DNA of 64,000 nt from Eledone cirrhosa. Its lineage: Eukaryota. The position numbers and the translations under genes are program-made. Below the pieces are notes generated by a model, which was not told the origin of the DNA, did no database searches, and saw only the letters and a program-made list of their open reading frames with translations. The stretch is taken from the NCBI GenBank assembly GCA_964016885.1, contig OZ024758.1, forward strand, positions 15,934,001-15,998,000. Reading direction: 5' to 3'. Shown here piece by piece: positions 38,729 to 53,700 of the stretch; position 1 is the stretch's first letter; every line of letters begins with the position of its first letter.

Positions 38729-41700
38729 TATATAAAACGTTTAATATAGAAATGGCTTCTACAGGACTAGAACTGTTTCATTCAAAAGTAAACATCAGGA
38801 TGTTTACACTCTACTAATGTATTGAGTACCTTAATAACTATGGTCGCCCCCCGATTGAACCTGGGACTCACTGATTATCGGCTCCCTTTTTCTTCCAGGG
38901 GTTGTGACCAGCAGATAGTACCTGCTACGGAAAAACCAAAGGAAACATTGTTTCTTTGGTCTGATCTGGCAATCAGTTACTTTTTTTAAATTTTTTATTT
39001 TTTTTACTATCAATACATTAAGACAAAAGATGGAGGGCGGTGGATTGGCAGTATCGGTGAAGGGTCGGACGCCATGCTTTCCAGCATAGTTACGTCCCTT
39101 TACGATCTGAGTTCAAATCCCGCCGAGGTTAACTTTGCCTTTCATCCTTACGAGGTCGATAAAATAAAGTACCAGTAATGCACTGGGTAATTGCTGGCCT
39201 TGTGCCTAAAGTAGAAACAAATACATTAAGACAAAAGATAGCTCACCTGTTGAATGTCAGTGTGTGTTCATAATATACTTTATTCTCATCTAAAATCGAA
39301 GAAAGATCAAAAGAAGAAATTTCCAGTGGTTCAGAGAGTGAAAAACCCGGATATTCCCAGAGAGCTTCAGCTTCAACATTTCGGTCAACTCTCAGAGAGG
39401 AATCCTGAAATTTAAATAAGATAATTCATATAAACTTGGTAATTAAACAACATTAACCTTTTAGCATTTAAACCGGCTGTATCCGGCCAGAACTATCTCA
39501 CCTCTTTCTGTTCAAACTGGTTGTAACTGGCCACTCATACTGATGTTAAGATATTGTTCTCAAAATAAATAATATCAAAATGTCATAGATTCAATATTAT
39601 GTGAGGTAAAGCCTTTACCATGAAAATACAATGGTAAATATAGAGTAATGTAAATGCTAAAGGGTTAAAGACATACATGATAAAAGCACCCAGTACACTC
39701 TGCAAAGTAGTTGGTGATAGAAAGAACATCCAGCAATAGAAAATCTGTCAAATAAAGAGTCGGCAGGACTCTACAGCTGTGTCAAAGGTATGGTAACCTC
39801 CCTAGTACTAATGCCATGATAAAATGCACTCAGTACAAAGTGAGAAGATATGTGGGCGAAATGCAGGCCTCTGGGGATTCGGTAAAGCATGGAAAAGAAT
39901 GTAAGCAAGCTGCAGGTTCCAGTCCATCTGAGAGGTCAGAGGCTTTGCTTAATCACTGGCCTGGTCTGTGATGATTTGTCCAACCCTTGCTATCAGGGAA
40001 AACCAACGTTAAATGATGATGATGGCACCAAAACGACCACTTTACAGTGTGGACTGGGTGCTTTTTGTCATGGCACCAAAACGACCACTTTACAGTGTGT
40101 ACTGGACGCTTTTTGTCATGGCACCAAAACAACCACTCTACAGGGTGGACTGGGTGCCTTTTGCCATGGTACCAAAACAACCACTTTACAGTGTGTACTG
40201 GGTGCTTTTTGTCATGGCACCTAAACAACCACTTTACAGTGTGCACTGGGGGCTGGGTCAAGGGAGGTGCAAGGGATTGGAGAGGTAGATCTAAGGTGAA
40301 AGACTTATGTGAATATAAAGATTAATAAGAAAAGCTTCTTACCTCAATCAAAGTATCAAATTCTTCTAAATAAAAACCTTCACACGTATTTACTGCCGAA
40401 CGAATCTTAGAGAGATCTTTGAATTGCATGGCCATACCGTAGATTTTCATTTTACTGGGGTAACATGTAAGTGTGGGAGATAACTCACTGAGAATGTACC
40501 AGAAATGTAAATTATGCCAGGGTAGAAGACAGGAACTAAAACTTGGTTCTCCAATAGCGATATCAACCTATAAGAAATTAGCAATAAAGTCATGATAAAT
40601 ACATATATAATGAAGGTACTATATGTATATATATATATATATATACACATGAGTCACGGGTTCAATTGGGTGTAACCACAGTAAGTAAGGTACTCAATAC
40701 ATTAGTAGAGTGTAAACATCAAATTTAATATAGAAATGGTTTCTACAGGATGGACTACTACTGTTTCATTTGAATGAAACAGTTCTAGTCCTGTAGAAGC
40801 CATTTCTACATTAAATTTGATATATGTGTATATCTGTGCCTCTCTCTATGTAAATATATATGTTAGTGTTCATGTATATATGAAAGATTTATACACTACA
40901 ATAAAAACAACAAAAACAACACTTTGTACACTTCATAAAGTGGTTAGTATTTGAATGGTAGCCAAAGATAGAGAAGTGGAGGCATGTGGCCTAGTGGTAA
41001 AGGTGTTCGACTTACGATCATAAAGTCGTGGGTTCAATTCCTAGACTGGGTTGTGTGTTGTGTTCTTGAGCAAAACACTTCATTTCACATTGCTCCAGTA
41101 TACTCAGCTGAAAACGTGTACCAGCATTTAAAGACCATCTTCCCTGCTAAAGCCGGAATTAGCCTTGTGGACCCCATGACAGATATCATATTGATAATGG
41201 GGTCCTTTTTAGGGGGCAATGTTGGATGCCCTTCTTGGCATACACACATTCAGAAAAAAGATAAAAGAAGAAAGAACTAAAGGGAAATAATACAATTTAA
41301 AATCTTACCTTCATTGAATCAAACTGTTGTTTTGTTGGTATTTTGTCTAATAATGTGATAACATCTTCAGCATTATTATATTTAATAAAAGTCTCTAAGA
41401 TGTGATAATTGTGTTTATGGGTTTCAATGGCAAACACCTGATATGAATAGAAATAAAAATGATATTAGACATTAGACCCCACAGTCAGTGACTCTTTCAG
41501 ACCTGCCAACCTCTAAATACCCTAACGGGGATCACCATGAAAAAAAGTGCCCCCAAAACGGGGAGAAATGAGGCAAAATGGGGAGATTTTACATAATGAA
41601 AGCTATACCCATTTTCATAAGAGAAGACATTTCTCACCTACCCCAAAGTGGGTGGGAGATCTCCCTGTCGGACGGGGGAGAGTTGATAGGTCTGATATAT

Positions 41701-44700
41701 ATATATATATATATATACCAGAGCATTGGCCTTGCAATCGCGAAAGGTTGTGAGTTCAATTCTCAGATTGGGTGATGTGTTGCTTCCTTGAGCAAGACAC
41801 TTTATTTCACATTGCTCCAGTTTATTCAGCAGTAGAAATGAGATGATAGGGACTGGGGTCCATATCATTCCACTGCAAAGTGGTCGTGGAGGTGCCACGG
41901 CAAAAAAGCACCCATCACTCACTGTAAATGAGGTTGGTGTTAGGAAGAGCATCCAGCTGTAGAAATCAAGCCAGAATCAGTTCCCGTCCCACCCTTGCAA
42001 GCAGGGAAAAAGCGGACGTAAAATGGTGATGATGAGGATGATGATGATACAAATTTAAGACAGAAAAGAGCAACAGGTGTACTGAAAGGATGTAAATCAT
42101 ACATTTCTTACCTGCAGAACAACAGTGACTGCTACACCTCCTCTCTTAGATTAGGTACTTAAGGCTTTTTCTATTAATTATTAAGGATGATTGATTGCCA
42201 GTATTGGTAGAGCATCGGACAATATACTTTGTAGCATATACATGGTGTCCCCAAAAAATGTATACATACTTCAACACCATTCTAATAAATTACCTGTACA
42301 GGTAATCAAAATTGAACTAGGAACATGTTCTATTAAAGTCAAATAAGCCTCGTCAGACAGTGAAAAAAAGAAACTCCTTCAGATGTATGATCTGTCTCTG
42401 AATATCAGGGGTGAGAAACATTATGGTGGCTAGATCATTAAATCATTTATATAAATTATTAGATAAATATACAGTGCTGGGTAGGGGCGCAATTTCACTG
42501 CTTGCCATAGGCACTATTACCACCAGTTATGCCTCTGTACTCAACCCATATGACATGTAGGGATAGGATGTATCTGTTCTAAACTAGATATACACACAGC
42601 AACGTTTCCGAGGTGTATCTACAATATTCAACTAAAACAAAGAGTAAATATAATTTTATAGGGCTTTAGAAAGGACTTAAATGTAAACAAATACCTTTTT
42701 GGCCCCTAACTTGGCAGCAATAAGAGGAATTAAACTACCATCTCCAATAGATAGGCACACAGTATCCTTGTTGATAACCTGCAACAGATAAATAAAATAC
42801 AGTTTTTACTTATTCCTGTAAAGTAACATGACAAAAGGTATGTAGTCCACAGAACAAAAAACACCCAGTCCACACTGTAAAGTGGAACTTGTTTAACCCA
42901 TGCTAGCATGGAAAAAATGGACATTAAACAGTGATGATGATGATGATGATGATGATAATAAACCTATATCAAATTATGTGGAATTTATTCTTTATAATAG
43001 CAGAAAAAACACCCTTCGGGTGGTTTTCTGCTAGCATGTGCGATGTGTATATTGATATTATACGCAAGTATATATACATGTACATATGATACATCAAATA
43101 AAATCGTAATTGACAATATACACAGAAATTGAACGAAGACTGTGTTACACTGTCTTATGTAATCAGTAACGTAATCCATGATACATTAGAAAAGACGATA
43201 TTATATAAAAATTAGTGACAGAAAATAAGTATGTTTATTTAAGCGATGGCCAACCGGAAGTGTTGACATTTCAGAAATTTTAAAGTGAATCTTTAAATAA
43301 ACAAAATATATTTAATCAACAGCCACAAAATTTAGTAGATAAATTATGTAATATTCATTCATTATTTATTCAAAGTAATCCAACTTATTTTACTAATGGG
43401 ATAAAAAATTATAAACCATACACAGTCCTGCGCTCCCTACTTTATTATAGTTTAGATGGTTGTGTAAGAGTCACAACAAGAAGTACCCAGCCCACACTGT
43501 AAATGTGGTTGGCATTAGGAAGGGCATCCAGCTGTAGAAATCTAGCCAGAGACAGTTCTGTATGAGCAAGACACGGTCACCTGACCCAACTTGCCTCAAA
43601 TGGGACTAGTCTAACCTATGCTAGTATGGAAAGTAGACGTTAAACGATGATGATGATGATGATGATGCATGTGGCTTAGTAATTAGGGTGCTTGGCTAAT
43701 GATTGTAGCTCAAAACTTCTGGTTCTACAAAAGTTCACTGTTTATTTTAAAGTGTTTATATTCATCTAAAAACCTTCCACCTTAATTTTATGTAAGAACC
43801 TTTCTTAACCCTTTAACATTTACATTACTCTATATATACTATCATATTTTCATGATAAAGGATTTACCTCATAATTATCTCACATAATATCGAATCTATG
43901 AGATTTTGATATTATTCATTTTGAGAACAATACCTCAACCTCAGTATGAGTGGCTGGTTACAGCCTGTTTAAACAGAAAGAGGTGAGAAAATTCTGGCCG
44001 GATATGGCCGGTTTAAATACTTTAAGGGTTAAACTATATTCCAAATACCACCTTAAAAATGAGAAAATTAGCTATTTTACTAAATTGCTCTAAATTCTCG
44101 ATTATTTTCAAAATTTACTGAAACACTTATGCAGTGTATTTCATTTGAAAATATAACAGAATTTATTAAAATACATTAAAAAAAAATATTTCAGTACAAA
44201 TTTACCTTCTTTAGCTCATTGATGTAAACTTCGTTTCGAACAGAGTCATTCAGCATCCCTAAACGATTTCTACCGTAGGTTGAATGTACACCACATGTAC
44301 ATGTTGGCAAGACATCACTGACGGCTCTTTGGGGGCTGGTTTTAAAATAAGGAAAACAAATAATGAAATTAACCATTTAGCATTTACATTGCTCTATATA
44401 TGCTATTATATTTTCATGGTAAATGCTTTATCTAATATAATTATCTCACATAATATCGAATCTATGAGATTTTGATGTTATTTATTTTGAGAACAATACC
44501 TTAACAAAAGTTCTGTACACGCAAGACACGGCCTCCCGACCAATCTTGCCTCAAGCGGGACAAAACCGTCCAACCCATGCTAGTGTGGAAGATGAATGTT
44601 AAATGAGGAGCAGCCAGTTACAGCCGGTTTGAATAGAAAGGTAAGAGAATTTTGGCCTGACACAGCCGGTTTAATTGCTAAAAGGTTAACAAATGAAATT

Positions 44701-47700
44701 ATTGGTATCAGCAAAGTGCATTTAGTAGTACAGCAGAATCTTGAACAAATATTTAGATTTACAAAACCTCATAAGATTTGTTGTAGTTTGTGTTTAGGTC
44801 CAGGTCAACCCTGTGAAAGAGAGAGAAAGAGGTATTCCTCCTCCAAACACACGCACACATTTATGTGTGCGTCTGTGAGTATATCATGATTCGTACACTG
44901 TTCATTTTCTTGACATTTGTACATTATTCTATGTACTTTACATGCACCTTTGATGAGTTGTAGTGCACCTGAGCATTGTATACAACAATAACAATACACT
45001 GTAAATGTGGTTGGTGTTAGGAAGGGCATCCAGCCGTAGAAAACCTGCCAGATAGTCCTATACGAGCGAGACACGGTCACCCAACCAATCTTGCCTCAAG
45101 TGGGACAATTCCTGTCTAAACCCATGCTAGCGTGGAAGATAGACGTTAAACGATGATGATGATGATAAGTACCAGGAAAAAACAAGCTTTAGCATTTACA
45201 TTACACTATATATATTATTGTATTTTCACGGTTAATGCTTTTATCAAACAAAATTATTTTACATAATATCGAATCTATGAGATTTTGATATTATTTATTT
45301 TAAGAACAATACCTTAACGTAAGAATGAGCAGCCGGTTACGGACGGTTTGAATAAGAGATGAAAGAATTCTGGCCAGATACAGTCAGTTTAAATGGTCCC
45401 CAATCAAAAAACTGAAACCAGTAAAAGAATAACAGAATACAAGATAATAACTTACTGTGTTTTGGTAGACAAATCAAACCACCAACTGTACTCATCGTGA
45501 CAACTGGTTAGAGAGATTTCTTCTCCAGCTTCAACAGTTATGTATTGTGTTGGGTAGTATATAGCTTGCATCCAATGATCTCTCCACTAGAGAGAGAGAA
45601 GACATATTACATTTGAGGGAGAGAGAGAGAGAAGAAAACATATCGCACTAGAGACAGAGAAAAGAAAACATATTACACTAGAGAGAGAGAGAGAGAGAGA
45701 GAAAAGAAAAAAAGAAAACCTATTACACCCAGAACAGAAAGCACCCAGTCCTTTTTTTTCTGCCTTCTTCTTCCTCACTTCCGACCTCTGAGGTGAGAAG
45801 TTGGCTGGGAGGTTGGGGTGAGAGAAAATAGCAGAATAAATGAAGTGGAACTGGCAGACATTGGTTGAGATAAAGAGAGAGGAGAGAGAGAGAGAGAGAA
45901 AGATAGAATATATATATAGAGAGAGAGACAGAGCGGGGGCCCAAGTTCATAACTTCAAAGCTAGATGGGGTTACTAGTTTATTGATGTGACATTTGTCAA
46001 TCAAAATAGTCATTTTACTGAAAAAACAAACAAACCTAGCACAGCAACTGTAGCTGTGTAAAATATACGCAGCAGTCAACAGTTTAAGGTGTTGCCCAAG
46101 CATGGCCAATGTCTAATGATTGAAACATCATCATTATCATCATCATCGTTTAACGTCTATCTTCCATGCTAGCATGGGTTAGACGGGAATTGTCTCACTT
46201 GAGGCAAGATTAGTTGGGTGACCGTACAATAAAAAAAAAAAAATAATAAATAAAATAAAAGAATATCAAGAATTTCATACCTGGACTTCTTTCTTCTCTG
46301 GATGTGCCCAGTATGGAGCACAACTCAACAAGATGTCTCTCTCTTTGTCCATATCAAGATCCCACCACATAAATATAGTATCCACAGTTCCACTGGAGTT
46401 TGCTGTGACATGGGACGAGGATTTTCCATTAAAAGGTTGCATTGAATTTGGATTTTTAGCAGTGATTAGTTTCTCTTTGTCACTAAAATCAAACCTGTTA
46501 TAAAACAAAATAAAGACATGAATAAATAAAAGGGAGGGCCATGGCTAGAATGTCAGTAGGATCAGTTTGATATGTTACTAAGTTAATTGGATGAGTTGAG
46601 AGTGAAACTGTGTATAAGAGGAATAAACTGTAGTGTGCAGGAGAGAAGACTGTGTTGGTATGGACATGTGATGTGCATGGAAGATGACTGCTGGGTAAAG
46701 AAGTACCAAGTAATTCCGATGGAAGGAAGAGATGCAGTAGAGGAAGAACACGAAAGACATGGGCGGAGGTGGTGAGAGCTGACCTCAGATCGCTGAAGCT
46801 CATAGGAGATGACGAAGGACCACGAAGAATGGAGAGATGCTATGCTGAAGAGGAACTGTCCCACCCTTGCAAGCAAGGAAAAGCGGACGTAAAATGATGA
46901 TGATGATAATGAATTTTGTTATATATATATATATTCATTATAGTGGTCGTTCTGGTAACATGACAAAAAGCACCTGGTCCACACTGTAAAGTGGTTGCTT
47001 TGGTGCCACAATAAGAGCACCAAGTTCACACTGTAAATGTGGTTGGTGTTAGGAAGGGCATCCAGCTGTAGAAATTAAGCCAGAAAACAGATCTGTTTGA
47101 GCAAGACATGGTCACTTGACCTGATCTGGCTTGTCTCACAATGGGACAACTCGTCTAACCCATGCTAGTTGCCTCCACCATCACCATCACTACCACTGCC
47201 ACCTCCTCTACCATCACCACCACCACTGCCTCCTCCTCCATCACCATCACTACCACTGCCACCACCACCACCACCACCGCCGCCTCTACAATCACTACCA
47301 TCACCACCACCACTGCCACCTCCTCCATCACCATCACAACCACTGCCACCTCCTTCGCCACCACCACCACCACCGCCGCCTTTACCATCACCACCGCCAC
47401 TGCCACCTCCTCCATCACCATCACTACCACTGCCACCACCTCTACCATCACCACCACCACCACTACAATCACTACCATCACCACCACCACTGCCACCTCC
47501 TCCATCACCATCACTACCACTGCCACCTCCTTCGCCACCAACCACCACCGCCGCCTCTACAATCACCACCACCCCCACCACTATCACTACCACTGTAATC
47601 ATCTGCTTTCCTTGCTAGCAGGGGTTAACCAGTGGAACTATACAATAGAGAGTAATAGCACAAAATATTTAAACGTACTGAAACACAGTGATAGGATCTG

Positions 47701-50700
47701 TTATAAGCTGGAATTTCGACCGATGTAACTGGTTTAGCTGTAGGTCATGCAAATATAAAGCTCCGTTGCAGTTATGCATTTCTTTCGGTACAGAAACAGA
47801 TTTGGTCTCATCAATGGCAATGGGTTGAATCTGATTCCACTTTTTTCCCAAAGGACATTGAGCCAGTTGAACATAGACTCTTGCAGAATGAGGCACCACA
47901 GAACAGTTAGGCTAGCAAAAATAAGAGAAACAAATTAATAATGGTTTCTACGTTAGGCACAAGGCCAGCAATTACCCAGTGTATTACTGGTACTTTAAAA
48001 AATAAGAGAAACAAATTAATAATTGTTTCTACGTTAGGCACAAGGCCAGCAATTACCCAGTGTATTACTGGTACTTTAAAAATAAGAGAAACAAATTAAT
48101 AATTGTTTCTACGTTAGGCACAAGGCCAGCAATTACCCAGTGTATTACTGGTACTTTAAAAATAAGAGAAACAAATTAATAATGGTTTCTGATTTAAGAA
48201 CAAGGCCAACAATTATGGGGCAAGTCGATTAAATTGACACCCGTGTGTTAACCTATTAGCATTTACATTACTCTATATTTACTATATGTTCAAAGTAAAC
48301 GCTTTACCTCACATAATATTGAATCTATGAGATTTTAATAGTTATTAGAGGTTCGGACGCCATGCTTTGCAGCATAGAGTTACGCCCCTTTATGGTCTGA
48401 GTTCAAATCCCGCCGAGGTTAACTTTTAACTTTGCCTTTCATCCTTACGGGGTCGATAAAATAAAATAAAGTACCAGTAATGCACTGGGATAATTGCTGG
48501 CCTTGAGCCAAAAATAGAAACAATTATTTATTCTGACAACAGTACCTTAACATCAGTATGAGTGGCTAGTTATAGCCAGTTTGAACAAAAGAAGGTGAGA
48601 GAATTCTGGCCAGATACGACCGGTTTAAATTTTAGGATAAAACTTTATCTAAGGATAATAAGAATATTGCTTTATTATATACATTAGTATGAATGCATAC
48701 ATGATCCCGTAACCCTGACTGGGTCACAGGGGTGCTGTAGGGACATACAGCATTTCTAGGGCATTTTAAAACCTGGCAGAGCCCATCCCTCTCCCAGGTC
48801 TGAATACAGAAGATTTCTTCTCGAGAAGGATAGAGAGTGAGAGAGAAGAAGTAAAAAAGAGATATAGAGGAAGAATTGACCCCAGTTCTATTTGTATCAA
48901 CCTCGAATGGATGAAAGACAAAGTTGACCTCAGCAGGATTTGAATGAATATCGCAAAGCACTCTATCCAACATTCTAATGACTCTGACAATTCACCTCTT
49001 CACATGTATAAAACCATAAAGAATTTTAACAGATGCTTTAACAATTCAGTCAATTTAATAATAATAATGATAATAATGAAATTATTGTGTACAGTGCTGA
49101 GGTGCACTACAACTCATCAAAGGTGCATGTATAGTACATAGAATAATGTACAAATGTCAGGAAAATGAACAGTGTATGAGTCATGATACAATAATAATGA
49201 AATATTGTGTACAGTGCCCAGGTGCACCACAGCTCATCAAAAAGTGCATGTACAGTACATGGGGCAATGCACAAACATCAGTAAAATGAACAGTGCACGA
49301 GTCATGATACACACATTTTGACCCCCTTTATGGAAATACCAGAAATATTAACAGCTAAACTGAGACTTACCTCAAGAAGGTACTGAAGTGCGTGGAAATA
49401 AGTACTGAGTGCACCTTCTCCAATAAGTTCAGTATCAAAAACTTCAGTAACAAGGATATTGGCTTTCTGGAGCATATCTTTACCTATAATAAATCAAACC
49501 AGATCAGATCAGATCAAGATAAACCACAGGAAAAGAAACAAATAAATTATTAAAAAAAAGACAAAATCATCATCATCATCAGCATTTAATGTCCATGATG
49601 GTGATGATAATGATAATTTTGTCTAGTTAAATAATCTATATTGGGATGATGCAAAATTAACGACCGCAAGCAATCAAATGAATCAACAGCAAAGGATGGG
49701 AAAAGCCTGACTCCACCCACTCATATATTCACAAGTCAACCCTGTCTTTTAAATGCTCTTTAACTCTTAACCAACACTAATTTGAGTTAAGAGCAAGACA
49801 TATAATACAACTTGCCAGCCTACCTACATAAGTTATTAGTAGTACAAATATCACCTGGCTGTAATGACCATATTTTCAAGTTACATATCTCTGTTGTATG
49901 AAACTAATAGATAATTCTTTCTAACACTAGCACAAGGCTAACAGTTTGGCAGAAGAAGGAAAGTTGATTATGTCAACCCCAGTACTTGACTGGTACTTTA
50001 TTTTATCAACCCCGGAAGGATGAAAAGCAACGTGGACCATGGCGGAATCTGAACTCAGAACATAAAGAACCATAACTAAATACTATTAAGTATTTTGTCC
50101 AATGCTCTTCTAACAATTCTGTCAACCTACCTCTAAAGATTTCTTCTTTAACCCTTCAGCATTTAAACCAACCGTGTCCGACCAGAATTCTCTTACCTCT
50201 TTCTGTTCAAACTGGCTGTAACTGGCCACTCATACTAATGTTAAGGTATTGTTCTCAAAATAAATAATAACATCATCAAAATCTTGTAGATTTGATATTA
50301 CATGAGATAATTATGTAAGGTAAAGCCTTTACCACAAAAATACAATAGTATATATAGAGAAATGTAAATGGTAAAGGGTTAAGTGAAAAATAAAAATAAA
50401 AAAAAAAAAAAACGAAGTGTATAGCTTACTACAAACCTTCACCAACAGTCAGTTCTGTTGATCTTTTTGGAATTAATTTAATTTTATCTTCAAACCCATT
50501 TCTTTTTATTACTTTCTTTGCACATTCTGCCATAGGTGTAAAGGCCTAATGGAAGGAGAGAAGATTAAACACAATCATTTAGGAATACTAATTAAGGGGA
50601 TAAAAACTCCTTTTGGTCAATTATCCGTCATTTTTTACATATTTTGAAAATTGTTTTGGTATACATGCACACAAACATACAAACATAAACAATAGGTAGA

Positions 50701-53700
50701 AACATGTACTTACGCCGTATTTGACTACATAAATTAGTCTGAATGGAATAGCTTCTAATTGAATGGAAGGCGGAATGGGTGGCGTGTTGGTGTAATGGTA
50801 GTATATTGGTCTGGAAAATCATCATCATTTTACGTCCGCTTTTCCTTGCTTGCAAGTAGGGGGGGGGGGGACGGGTCCTATTCAGCACAGCACCTCTCCA
50901 CTTGTCACGGTCCTTCATCATCTCCTCTTTTGTAGCTTCAGCGATCTGAGGTTTTCTCTCACTACCTCCGCCCATGTTTCTCTCACCACCTCCACCCACT
51001 TCTTTACCCAGCAGTCATCCTCCATGCGCATCGCATGTCCATACCATCGCAGTCTTCTCTCCTGCACACTACAACTTATCCCTCTTATACACAGTTTCTC
51101 TCTCAACTCATCTAAATGTCCCATGTACGTCAATACTCATCCTTTTTTCTATTCAGAAGGTTTTTAAAATCCCAACTAACAGACTAATTCTATGTAGTCA
51201 AATACAGCGTAAGCACATGTTACTACCTAATTTTCAAATTCGCTAGCTGCTTGTAAACAAAGCCTGCTTTGTGTCTACGTATTTATATAAACATAAACAT
51301 ATTGACACATGCACAAAATGTTATTACTAATCAACAAACCTCACATGCTGTAATAGAATCTGCTCCACATTTAGCAGCCATCATAGAAAGCAACCCAGTG
51401 CCGGTACCAATGTCAAGAACATTGACTGCTTCATTCTTAGCTCGACGTTGTTCAATAGCTTTTTTAAGAGCTTTAAAATATTTCTGGTTCTGTAAATTAA
51501 TAGCAAAGTTATTTAGTTCAACAAAACAATTTTTAAAAATACCATTTTCCCCTTATATAAATTGGTAAACCTGCAGATCATGCAAATATAAAACTTGATT
51601 CCAATTATGCCTTTTTTGCATACAGGCTTATCTTGGCATCGTGTATCTCATACTACATTACCCAAATGTGGTTTTAGATATCCTCATTTTTATGATAGTA
51701 GAGTGTGAGTTAAAGAAAATTTGTCTGCTATTTCTAGCATATCAACTGACCACATAGAGGTTATTTATTTGACTCAAGTGTATTATGTATTACAGTAGAG
51801 TATCAGACAGAGTTGGTTGAGGTGGTTAGAGTATGGCAAATATTGTTATTATTGAAACATTAGTACTATGACTCTTGGTTAATGTAAAATGCCTAGAGGT
51901 TCTTAAGGGCCCAAACCACTTTGTAAGGTGGTAGTGCTGGTGATATGATAAAACATATTCATCCCATTCGATAAAGTAGTGCTGGTGCCATAAAACATAC
52001 CAAGCCCACTCTGTAAGGTGGTAGTGCTGGTGATATGATAAAACATATCCAGCCCATTCTGTAAGGTGGTAATGCTAGTGTTATGATAAAACACACCCAG
52101 CCAACTCTGAAAGGTAGTGATGGTGCTATGATAAAAACATACTCAGTCCACTCTATAAAGTATGCCTGGTGACATGATAAAACACATCCAGTCCACTGTG
52201 TAAAGTTGGGCTGGTGCTATGATAAAACATACCCAGCCCACTCTGTAAAGTGGTAGTGCTGGTGTTATGATAAAACATATCTACTCAACTCTGAAAGGTG
52301 GTAGTGCTACTGCATGAAAAAATGCTCCTAGTATGCACTGTAAAGTGGTTGGCATTAGGAAGAGCATCCAGCTATAGAAACCAAGCCCAAAATGGAATGT
52401 ATGAGGAAGTGGTCATCTAACCAGTGTAGTCTCAGAGCATGACAACCTGTCTAACCAATGGAAGCAAGGAAAACAGACATCAGACAGTAATGATGATGAT
52501 GAATGAAGATAATATCTCACTTCTACACTTAGTAGCCTGTACAATAACATAAATATATAAACAACAGGTGTTTCAACTTACCCGTTCAGTATCATGTAGC
52601 ATATCAGCATATGAAGAGCTGGGGAAATAAAAAAAGTATGATAATACGGAGGCACATGGCTTAATGGTTAGAGCATTGGCCTTGCAATTGAAAGGTTGTG
52701 AGTTCAATTCTCAGACCGGGTGATGCGTTGTGTCCTTGAGCAACATACTATTTCTTGTTGCTCTAGTTTATTCAGCTGTAAAAATGAGTTGCGACCTCAC
52801 TGGTGTCTAGTTATATCGGCTATAGCCTTTCCCTTGGACATCATATATATATATAGTGTATACATATACTGGATATAGTGCATATATAATGTATATATAC
52901 TGGAGGCACATGGCTTAGTGGTTAGAACATTGGCCTTGCAATCGAAAGGTTGAGAGTTCAATTCTCAGACCGGGTGATGTGTTGTGTCCTTGAGCAAGAC
53001 ACTTTATTTCACATTGCTCCAGTTTACTCAGCTGTAGAAATGAGATGATAGGGACTGGGGTCCATATCATTCCACTGCAAAGTGATCGTGGAGGTGCCAC
53101 GGCAAAAAAGCACCCAGCACTCACTGTAAATGAGGTTGGTGTTAGGAAGGGCATCCAGCTGTAGAAATCAAGCCAGAATCAGTTCCCATCCCACCCTTGC
53201 AAGCAGGGAAAAGTGGACGTAAAATGAAATGAATACTAATCCTTCAGCACTTAAACCAAGTGTATCTGGCCAGAATTCTCACCTCTTTTTGTTCAAACTG
53301 GCTGCTCATGCTTATGTTAAGGTATTGTTCTCAAAATATATATGAAAATCCCATAGATTCGATATTATGTGGGATAATTATGAGAAGTAAAGCCTTTATC
53401 ATGAAAATACAATAGTAAATATAGAGTAATGTAAACGCTAAATAAGAAATAAAATATGCAAACCCATCACACCAAATGACATCCCTCCCATCCCTTTGTT
53501 TTCTCACTGTTACATCTGTTATCCTCTGTCTTCTATTTAGAAACCATTGGATTGGCAGAATCGGTAGAGCGTCAGACAACATGCTCTGCAGTGGCATTTT
53601 ACATTCTGTGTTCAAATCCCACTGAGGTTAACTTTGCCTTTCATCCTTATGAGGCTGATAAAATAAAGTATCAGTAACGGACGTACTGGAATCGATTTAA

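Noticed and set aside
42105-42150. AG|GTAAGA recursive-splice or microexon-like site in PRMT7 intron 10
   Set aside because: The intron is short and flanking exons join in frame without it; the motif could occur by chance.
42310-42360. CTGACGAG hammerhead-like start on the minus strand (also near 54940-54970)
   Set aside because: No convincing GAAA, helix III or helix I could be completed.
52901-52975. tRNA genes suggested by A/B boxes
   Set aside because: These are SINE heads with no proper cloverleaf acceptor stem, and they continue into SINE cores.
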